From Crocinitomicaceae bacterium (lineage in GTDB: Bacteria > Bacteroidota > Bacteroidia > Flavobacteriales_D > Crocinitomicaceae), in assembly GCA_041596895.1 (NCBI GenBank), contig JBFHHS010000001.1, positions 1 through 49,584 of the forward strand: a stretch of DNA of 49,584 nucleotides, written 5' to 3'. The notes below the pieces were generated by a model. It did no database searches, had not been told where the DNA came from, and saw nothing but the letters and a program-made list of their open reading frames with translations. This document shows positions 18,737 to 26,354 of the stretch, piece by piece. Numbering within the stretch: the stretch's first letter is position 1; every line of letters starts with the position of its first letter. Made by a program: the position numbers and the translations under genes.

Positions 18737-18792
18737 CGCTTGAGAAAATTGTGAATAGCTAATATACAGAAAACAAAACAGTTCGGAAGATT

Positions 18793-19719
18793 CTACTCAA
18801 ACAATGGACAACTAGATGTTGTAGTCTTACGGGGTTTACATGTGGTGAATCGTAAGGAAATTTCATGGGTGTTTTTTGCACCCAATTGTATTTTTGAGAG
18901 GTTATAATCAAATGAATAAGCAATAGAGAATTGTTCTTGAATTTTAATGTTTACAAGGGCAATTAATGCATCTGTATTTCGATAACCTATTCCTAATCCG
19001 ATGGTGTTTTTAATATCAAGCATTAAATTTAAATCTAGAGAAAGTGGTCCTTTAGGAGGTATACGTAAGATTCCAGCAGGGGTAAGTGAAATAGATTCAT
19101 TAACACTCAGTTGATAACCTGCATTCAATGAAGCATGAAATCGATTTCTTGAGTTAAGTCCAACATTATTCCATTTACTAGGAATTAAGTTTTTCAATGT
19201 TAAACCAAAATAATACCGCTCAGCATTAAACCAAGCTCCAAACGAAGCATCTGGTGTTACAATTGACCCTTCATTCATTGCGGCTGGATCTGGCTCGTTT
19301 CCTTGGAGTCCTGAAGGATCATATCCCAATTGCATGATTCCACCATATATTCCAAGTGAAAGTCGCTTGTATTTATCAAAATTGAAATGTGCGGCATAAG
19401 CAGCGTTCAATCGGTTTACATTAAACTGTCCTATTTGATCTGTTTCAAATTTAAACCCTGTTCCGTGTCTCGCACTTAGATATTGTTTTCGTTTAGCCGC
19501 TAAAGGAATACTTACAGAAAGAAAACCACTGTTTGGAGCACCTTCAAATCCAACCCACTGTAAACGATATAGCGTGTGAATATCCACACATTTTTTAATT
19601 CCAGCATGTGCAGGGTTTTCAGCAAATTGATGCATCGACCATTGGCTGTACTGGGGTAATTGCTGACTCCGAGAGGTCAAGGCGAATAACAGACAAGAAA
19701 GAAGAAGAATGGATTTCAT
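18793..19719 (-). CDS. PorP/SprF-family type IX secretion system membrane protein
   Basis: It has a signal peptide. The family N-terminal signature is QQLPQYSQWSMHQFAENPAHAG. The size is about 300 aa, consistent with a beta-barrel. It starts 1 nt after the stop of the type-B CTD cargo gene. Confidence 0.9.
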   Translation of the reverse strand: MKSILLLSCLLFALTSRSQQLPQYSQWSMHQFAENPAHAGIKKCVDIHTLYRLQWVGFEGAPNSGFLSVSIPLAAKRKQYLSARHGTGFKFETDQIGQFNVNRLNAAYAAHFNFDKYKRLSLGIYGGIMQLGYDPSGLQGNEPDPAAMNEGSIVTPDASFGAWFNAERYYFGLTLKNLIPSKWNNVGLNSRNRFHASLNAGYQLSVNESISLTPAGILRIPPKGPLSLDLNLMLDIKNTIGLGIGYRNTDALIALVNIKIQEQFSIAYSFDYNLSKIQLGAKNTHEISLRFTTCKPRKTTTSSCPLFE

Positions 19720-19720
19720 C

Positions 19721-21010
19721 TTATCGAATTACGGTAATTGAACCTTTATATTGTTGATTGTCCTCATCGTTTAATTCCAGAACATAATAAAACACTCCTT
19801 CAGTAACTGTTCCGGAACGAACCGTTCCATCCCAAGCTTTGCTTGAACTGTATGCTCGAGATTGAAACACCTCCTGACCCCACCTGTCATAAATATGAAT
19901 AGAGTTGTCGGGATAGTCTTCTATCCCTTCAATAATCCAAAGTTCATTAATATCATCACCATTCGGAGAGAACATATTTGGTATGAATAGCCCATCAGAA
20001 ACTGTAATAGTTAGGTAGTCAGATAGTGTACAACCATTCTCTGTTGCTGTTAAGGTAATTGTTGTGGTTTCTTCTGGAAAAACGATGGTATTTAATACGA
20101 GCGGGTTAGAAAATAAAAATGCAGGCTCCCAATTATAGACAGGTGCACTGGTAATTCCATTAATACTGACTGCTGTTCCAGGAGATATGGTTTGGTCCGC
20201 TCCAGCTTCAATATTAAATGAATAAACTGCAATTGGAGGACTGTCTGAAGATACAATTTCGATGCAGTTCGTGTAACAACTATTTTCTACAGTTACGACG
20301 TCGCCATCTAACAAATTAGAAGTAGAAAACACATTCGTATCTGTTACTGCAACTAGTTCAGAATTGATGTACCAATTATAAGATAAACTATCCGGACAAT
20401 CGGTTAAAGATGCTTGAAAATAAACAACTTCATTTAGACAAATTGACGTCGAACTTGCCGTCAATGTAACTCCAGGTGTTGGTCGTGTTACTCCAGTCCC
20501 AGTTACTTCCATATCAAAGGTGCATTCTGCTGCTGAGGTAATTCCAGCCCCAGTGTTGTCGCCATCAACAACAATGTAATAAGTGGTATTTGCTGGTAAG
20601 CCTACTGCATTTAAACTAAATGGTCCTGCACCATTGGATATGCAATTTCCAACCTGATTATATGATGCTGAACTACATGGTGTAGGAGCTTCAAGAATAA
20701 CCGCCTGAAGTTCTGTGTCTTGACCTGGATTGATATTGAAATTCAAGTTTGTAAAATTGACAGTGACATCTCCTCCAGTTGAATTTGTTGTGAAGGTAAA
20801 CCAAATACTATTTTGTGTTGTAAAGCAGAAGTTAAAATCGTCTTCACACCCAGCGCAAAAAGTAACGTTTGCTCCTATGTTATTAAGACTAAAAACAGTG
20901 TTTGGACAAACTTCAAATGCGGTTGAACATCCGTTATATATCTCTTGAGTTCTAGCAGAATTTACTGAGAACAAAAGCATTAACAAAAAAATAACACCCG
21001 ATTTATTCAT
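19721..21010 (-). CDS. T9SS type-B (gliding motility-associated) C-terminal-domain cargo protein
   Basis: The start is chosen at MNKSGVIFLLMLLFSVNSARTQ. The C-terminal FIPNMFSPNGDDINELWIIEGIEDYPDNSIHIYDRWGQEVF...WDG...GVFYYVLEL...YKGSITVIR is the canonical type-B CTD. The N-terminal module is Cys-rich. Confidence 0.9.
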   Translation of the reverse strand: MNKSGVIFLLMLLFSVNSARTQEIYNGCSTAFEVCPNTVFSLNNIGANVTFCAGCEDDFNFCFTTQNSIWFTFTTNSTGGDVTVNFTNLNFNINPGQDTELQAVILEAPTPCSSASYNQVGNCISNGAGPFSLNAVGLPANTTYYIVVDGDNTGAGITSAAECTFDMEVTGTGVTRPTPGVTLTASSTSICLNEVVYFQASLTDCPDSLSYNWYINSELVAVTDTNVFSTSNLLDGDVVTVENSCYTNCIEIVSSDSPPIAVYSFNIEAGADQTISPGTAVSINGITSAPVYNWEPAFLFSNPLVLNTIVFPEETTTITLTATENGCTLSDYLTITVSDGLFIPNMFSPNGDDINELWIIEGIEDYPDNSIHIYDRWGQEVFQSRAYSSSKAWDGTVRSGTVTEGVFYYVLELNDEDNQQYKGSITVIR

Positions 21011-21156
21011 AACGAAAACCCTTGTCTTTTCTAGTATTTTAACCAAAAATAAGATAATTTTGCACACCAATTAGTAGTATTAGGGCTTTGTTTACAGGCT
21101 TTTAGTATGCTTTGGCACAATAATAGAACTTTAAATCCTACTAATTAATTAAATCT

Positions 21157-24100
21157 ATGCTTATGAAAAGAATAATTACACTCGGAATTTTCCTATCCTT
21201 TGCGTTAACTAATTTTGCTCAAAAATTGGATTACGATAACGATTCAAAATGGTTTTTTGGATTGAACGCTGGGGCGGCATGGAATACAACAGACGTTAAA
21301 AATAAAACCAACATTGGTTGGGGGTTTATCCTTGGTCGATCCTTCAATTATAATTATGGTAAGAAGATCAGTTTTGACCTGAGATTGAGATACCTCAACG
21401 GTAAATGGTATGGACAGGATTATGATACTACAACTACGTTGGGTTATAATGAAGCGTATGCGCCATTGTCAGGACCAATAGCTGGTTATGATACAACTTC
21501 CGGTTATTTGATTAATAATTTTCAGGCTGATGTGCATGAGCTTGGTTTAGAACTCGCTCTTCATTTAAATTCGGTTCGTGAAACACATGGTTGGGATCCT
21601 TACATCTTTGGTGGAGCCAATATTGTATGGAATCAAACGTATGGCGATTTAGTTTATATAGATTCTTTGGGAGAGTATTTATATAATTATAGTCCTTCTG
21701 GAATGACAAAGCCAGAGTGGAATTTAATGACGGACGATACGTATGATAATGCTTTAGATGGAAGTAATCAAAATAAATACAACGTTGATTTCATGCCAAG
21801 TTTAGGTATCGGTTTAGGGTATCAAGTAGGACCTCGTTTTTCTGTTGGAGTTGAACATAAAACAACATTCGCATTGAAAGATGTTTTTGATGGATATGTA
21901 AATCCAGAGAAACGATGGGGACTTTTTGAAAATGATATCTATCATTATACTTCGGCATACTTAAAATTCAATTTTAGAAGTAGACACAGAGAACAGCACG
22001 ATGAAACAATTATCGTTGAAGATGATCCAATCATGGTTGGTTCGGGAGATTGTGATGAGCCAAGAATTAAAATTTCAAGTCCATCATCAAGCTCAATTAA
22101 CGTGACATCACAAGAGTTTACAGTTCGGGCAAAATTTGAGTTCGTTTCAGGAAGAGACAACATTCAGTTTTCTGTAAATCAAAATGCTTCTACAAACTTT
22201 GCATTCAATGCAGCAAATGGAAATTTTGAAGCACCAATCTTTTTACAACCAGGAATGAATACGATCATCCTGTCTGCGGGTAATGGATGTGGACGTGATG
22301 AAGAAACAATGAATATTAATTATACTCCTTGTACAGATCCAGTAGTATCATTTATTGCTCCTTCAAACGGAGGGGACAATGTGGAGCAGTCGTCATATAT
22401 GGTTTCGGCTTCCATTGCCGGTGCTGAAAGTATTCAGTTTATTGTGAATGGAGTCAACACTTCAGGTTATAGTTTCAACGCAAATACGGGTGCATTTTCT
22501 GACCGTATAAACCTGAAACCGGGTTCTAATGTTATTCGTATTATAGCCACTAATAGTTGTGGCAACGACGAACAAACAGTGTCAATTAATTATACAGAGT
22601 GTGCGTTTCCAAAGGTTAATATTAGCGGAGGAAACACAATCAATGTGGACGAACCTACTTATGATTTAAGGGGAACTGTTACAAACGTTTCTTCCAAAAG
22701 CAATATTTCATTCAAAGTGAATGGAATTACAAAATCGTTTATTTATAATACTTCATCGAAGTTAGTTCAAAGTGTAGTTGCTCTAAAGTCTGGGTCGAAT
22801 ACGATTCAAATTTCCGCAACAAATGATTGTGGAAATGACACAGAAACAATCACGGTGATTTACACGCCTTGTATTGCTCCTCAAATTCAAATGATTGTAC
22901 CAACACAATCAAGCTTGATTACTGAAGGGGGAACACAGCAAATTCAAGCGAAATTGTTTAACGTTAATCACACTAATGAAATTACATTGACTGTAAACGG
23001 TGCGGTTCAAAGTGCAGGTTCATTTAATAGTGTTACAAAGATTTATAATAAAACGGTTTCATTGAATGCGGGAACCAACACGATTCGTTTAGATGTGGAT
23101 AATGGTTGTGGCGTAGATTCTAAAACTTTTATTGTAACATACAGACCATGCATTGCTCCGGCAATTACAATGATTTCTCCAAGTACGCCAAATTCGGCTA
23201 CCACAAATGGAACCATGTTGGTTAAAGCACAAGTTGCAAATGTAGCTTCTGTAAACAACATCATGCTTAAAGTGAATGGTGTAATCTTAACAGGAGGAAC
23301 GTATAATTCAAATACGAATATGTTTGAACGCGCTGTTTCTTTATCACAGGGAAACAATACAATTCAAATTACAGCGACAGGTGATTGTGACACTGATATT
23401 GAAACGTTTAATGTTAATTATAGTAATTGCGCTGATCCAATTGTAACGATGATAATGCCTGCAACGGTAAATTCAAACGTAATCGCAGGAACAATGCTGG
23501 TTAAGGCAATAGTTTCAAACGTCAACTCTGCAAGTCAAGTTGTGTTAAAACTGAATGGAAATGTTGTTACAGGAGGATCCTTCAATGCTTCAACTGGTTT
23601 ATTCCAAAAATCAATATCATTAAACTCAGGAGCGAATGTTATTTCAATAACAGGAACAAATGATTGCGGAATGATTTGCGAAACGGTAACAGTGAACTAC
23701 ACACCTTGTATTACTCCTGTTATCACAATGATTTCTCCAATTTCGAGTAATTCAACAGTTAATGCTTCAACAACTACAATTAAAGCTTCAATTTTAAATG
23801 TAAGTAGTGTCAATGATATTCAGTTGTTAGTTAATGGTGTTGTAATTAATGGAACATTCAATTCTTCTACAAAGATCTTTACAGCGAATGTTGGACTGAA
23901 TGCTGGTAGAAATACAATTCAATTAACTGCTAATAGTGATTGTGGGAATGATGTTGAAAATGTTATTATCAATTATGAGCTCCCATGTCAGGAACCGACG
24001 GTTGTATTGAATACACCTATAAATCAATCGACAACATCAAATACAAGTCAGTTGATTCAAGCTACTGTAATGAATGTTACGGGTGTAAATCAAATTCAAT

Positions 24101-26214
24101 TGAAGGTAAACGGAATGGTAATAGCAGGTGGAACATATAACAGTGCGACACATCTTTTTGAAAACACGATTACATTATCAAAAGGAAATAACACAGTTGT
24201 CGTTACTGCAACGAATGATTGTGGAGTTGATAACGCTACATCAACTGTGACCTTTGCTCCATGTTTATCTCCAGTTGTTGGTATGATTGTTCCCGCTGTT
24301 TCATCATCGACGGTTCAAGATCAATCGTTAGTTTTGAAAGCAACAATTACAAATATTTCAAATGCATCTGAAGTACAGGTGAAATTGAATGGGGTAATTC
24401 AATCAAATGGAACCTACAGCAGTGCGACGAATTTGTTTATTAAAACATTGGCATTGGTGAATGGATCAAATACAATACAAGTTTCGGCTACTACAGATTG
24501 TGGTACGAACTCAAAAGTGTTCACGGTAAATTATGAACCATGTTTGAGCCCAGAAGTTTCAATGATTGCTCCTACAAATGACGAACTGAATACTTCGCAA
24601 GCAACTTACAATGTAAAAGCGAATGTTACACACGTTTCATTATTGAGTCAAATCGAATTGAAACATAATGGAGTAATTGTAAATGGAGGGTCATTGAATG
24701 GCACTTTATTTCAAAACAATGTGAACTTAGTTAAGGGGTTAAACAAGTTTGAAATTAAAGTTACAACGGAATGTGGTTCAAAAACTATTGCGTTTAATTT
24801 GAATTTCGTTCCATGTACTGAACCAACAGTCTCAATAATTCTTCCAAGAAAAGAAGGATCAGTAGTTGCAACAGAATCCATTCAAATTCAAGCAGAGGTT
24901 ACTGGGGTGAGCTCTGTAAATCAAATTGTGGTTAAATTAAATGGAGTTGTAATTCCTGGGGGAACATATAATGCGCAAACAAACATTTTTAATCATAACG
25001 TTTTATTAAATGAAGGAAATAATTTGATTTCGTTTACAGTCACAAATGATTGCGGAAGTTATACTGAGTCAAGATCAATTATCTTTGAGTCCTGTGTTGC
25101 TCCAACGGTGAATATTACTTCTCCTGGGAACGACGATTCATTGGATGTAAATACAGTTCTCTTAAAGGCAAATATCCAAAACGCTCAATCTTTAAGTCAA
25201 ATTAGCTTAAGGGTGAATGGGGCGTTAATTGGTGGTGCTACATTTAATCCAATGACGGGTTACTTCGAAAAACTAATAACTTTAGGTTATGGTGCTAATA
25301 ACGTTGAACTTACAGTAACAAATGATTGTGGAACAGATAACCAAAGAATACAACTTCACTATGTGAAGTGTCAAGAACCGGTAATCTTAATTTTGGCTAC
25401 TGGAACAGCAATGACGTCTAGTACGATATTGGCTAGAGCACACATCGATCACATAACTTCTGCCTCTCAAGTGAAGTTTTACCTCAATGGAAACTTGGTA
25501 ACAGGAGGTACGTTTGACCCAAGTACAAAATATTATGAGAAGAGTGTAGATTTAATTGCAGGAACAAACACGTTGAGATTCGAGGCTACAAACGAATGTG
25601 GTGAATCAATTGAAAGTGGAAATGCAGTTTACGCACCTTGTACTGTTCCAACGGTTTCTATGACGAGTCCTTCAACTGACATTCAAACAACGGATGCTAG
25701 TTACTTAGTGAAAGCCAGTGTGAACGGAGTGATTTCTGCTTCGCAGATTCAAATGATTGTAAATGGTGTGCCTGTTACAGGTGCAAACTACCTAATTATT
25801 ACTCATACGTATCAGAAAAGTATACCTCTAGTTGATGGTGTGAATACAATTCAGGTGATTGCAACAAATGATTGCGGAACTGTTTCAGATCAGGTGGTGA
25901 TTACAAAAGGTACAAAGGCTGCAGAGCAAATGATAACTATTTGTCATAAGTCAGGCGGTAAATCGACTACAATGCAAATTCCGATTTCTGATTGGGAGAA
26001 GCATAAAGCACATGGTGATCAACTGGGTACTTGTAAACCAACAAAGACAACTAAACCGAAAACAGGTAACGTTGAAAAACCAAAAACAGGTACTGAGAAA
26101 GCGAAAGATAAAGCCGTTGAAGAAGGCGAGAAAAAAGTCGAGGAGATTAAAGAAGCAGTAGACCCTAAGGAGAAATCAAAATCAAAATCTAAAACGGATG
26201 GCGGCGGAAAATAG
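21157..26214 (+). CDS. 1685-aa cell-envelope protein: signal peptide, N-terminal OM beta-barrel-like domain, 14 Ig-like Cys-bracketed repeats, Cys/His module and Lys-rich tail
   Basis: The signal peptide is MKRIITLGIFLSFALTNFAQ. Residues ~20-298 contain amphipathic aromatic/Gly strands (WFFGLNAGAAW, GWGFILGRSF, ISFDLRLRYL, LGLELALHL, PYIFGGANIVW, LGIGLGYQV, FSVGVEHKTTF, TSAYLKFNF). Then come 14 units of about 92 aa, then ITICHKSGGKSTTMQIPISDWEKHKAHGDQLGTC and a K/E/P-rich tail. There is no T9SS CTD. A strong terminator follows. Confidence 0.85.
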   Translation: MLMKRIITLGIFLSFALTNFAQKLDYDNDSKWFFGLNAGAAWNTTDVKNKTNIGWGFILGRSFNYNYGKKISFDLRLRYLNGKWYGQDYDTTTTLGYNEAYAPLSGPIAGYDTTSGYLINNFQADVHELGLELALHLNSVRETHGWDPYIFGGANIVWNQTYGDLVYIDSLGEYLYNYSPSGMTKPEWNLMTDDTYDNALDGSNQNKYNVDFMPSLGIGLGYQVGPRFSVGVEHKTTFALKDVFDGYVNPEKRWGLFENDIYHYTSAYLKFNFRSRHREQHDETIIVEDDPIMVGSGDCDEPRIKISSPSSSSINVTSQEFTVRAKFEFVSGRDNIQFSVNQNASTNFAFNAANGNFEAPIFLQPGMNTIILSAGNGCGRDEETMNINYTPCTDPVVSFIAPSNGGDNVEQSSYMVSASIAGAESIQFIVNGVNTSGYSFNANTGAFSDRINLKPGSNVIRIIATNSCGNDEQTVSINYTECAFPKVNISGGNTINVDEPTYDLRGTVTNVSSKSNISFKVNGITKSFIYNTSSKLVQSVVALKSGSNTIQISATNDCGNDTETITVIYTPCIAPQIQMIVPTQSSLITEGGTQQIQAKLFNVNHTNEITLTVNGAVQSAGSFNSVTKIYNKTVSLNAGTNTIRLDVDNGCGVDSKTFIVTYRPCIAPAITMISPSTPNSATTNGTMLVKAQVANVASVNNIMLKVNGVILTGGTYNSNTNMFERAVSLSQGNNTIQITATGDCDTDIETFNVNYSNCADPIVTMIMPATVNSNVIAGTMLVKAIVSNVNSASQVVLKLNGNVVTGGSFNASTGLFQKSISLNSGANVISITGTNDCGMICETVTVNYTPCITPVITMISPISSNSTVNASTTTIKASILNVSSVNDIQLLVNGVVINGTFNSSTKIFTANVGLNAGRNTIQLTANSDCGNDVENVIINYELPCQEPTVVLNTPINQSTTSNTSQLIQATVMNVTGVNQIQLKVNGMVIAGGTYNSATHLFENTITLSKGNNTVVVTATNDCGVDNATSTVTFAPCLSPVVGMIVPAVSSSTVQDQSLVLKATITNISNASEVQVKLNGVIQSNGTYSSATNLFIKTLALVNGSNTIQVSATTDCGTNSKVFTVNYEPCLSPEVSMIAPTNDELNTSQATYNVKANVTHVSLLSQIELKHNGVIVNGGSLNGTLFQNNVNLVKGLNKFEIKVTTECGSKTIAFNLNFVPCTEPTVSIILPRKEGSVVATESIQIQAEVTGVSSVNQIVVKLNGVVIPGGTYNAQTNIFNHNVLLNEGNNLISFTVTNDCGSYTESRSIIFESCVAPTVNITSPGNDDSLDVNTVLLKANIQNAQSLSQISLRVNGALIGGATFNPMTGYFEKLITLGYGANNVELTVTNDCGTDNQRIQLHYVKCQEPVILILATGTAMTSSTILARAHIDHITSASQVKFYLNGNLVTGGTFDPSTKYYEKSVDLIAGTNTLRFEATNECGESIESGNAVYAPCTVPTVSMTSPSTDIQTTDASYLVKASVNGVISASQIQMIVNGVPVTGANYLIITHTYQKSIPLVDGVNTIQVIATNDCGTVSDQVVITKGTKAAEQMITICHKSGGKSTTMQIPISDWEKHKAHGDQLGTCKPTKTTKPKTGNVEKPKTGTEKAKDKAVEEGEKKVEEIKEAVDPKEKSKSKSKTDGGGK
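22051..25915 (+). repeat. 14 tandem, diverged ~270-280-bp coding repeats inside the 1685-aa gene
   Basis: Each unit starts C-x-x-P (CDEP, CTDP, CAFP, CIAP, CIAP, CADP, CITP, CQEP, CLSP, CLSP, CTEP, CVAP, CQEP, CTVP). Each keeps ...VNG.....GG(T/S)(Y/F)N..T..F...(V/I).L..G.N.I...ATNDCG.... The recurring DNA word ACAAATGATTG(T/C)GG encodes TNDCG. Confidence 0.9.
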
Positions 26215-26231
26215 CCCAATTCTTTTCATTG

Positions 26232-26264
26232 AAAAACCGCTCAATTTTTTGAGCGGTTTTTTTT
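26232..26264 (+). terminator. Rho-independent terminator of the 1685-aa gene
   Basis: AAAAACCGCTCA-atttt-TGAGCGGTTTTTTTT begins 18 nt after the stop codon. Confidence 0.85.
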
Positions 26265-26354
26265 ATGCCTCATTCGCAGTGAAGTAATCCTGTATTTACT
26301 TTCAAAAATCAATTCATCTAACTATATTCGCAGACTTATTTAGAAAAATAGAAG

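Noticed and set aside
22051-25915. Regularly spaced ~276-bp repeats considered as a possible CRISPR-like or satellite array
   Set aside because: The units are contiguous, in frame and inside one long ORF, and they are conserved at protein level more than at DNA level. They are protein domain repeats. No short direct repeats with unique spacers exist anywhere in the window.
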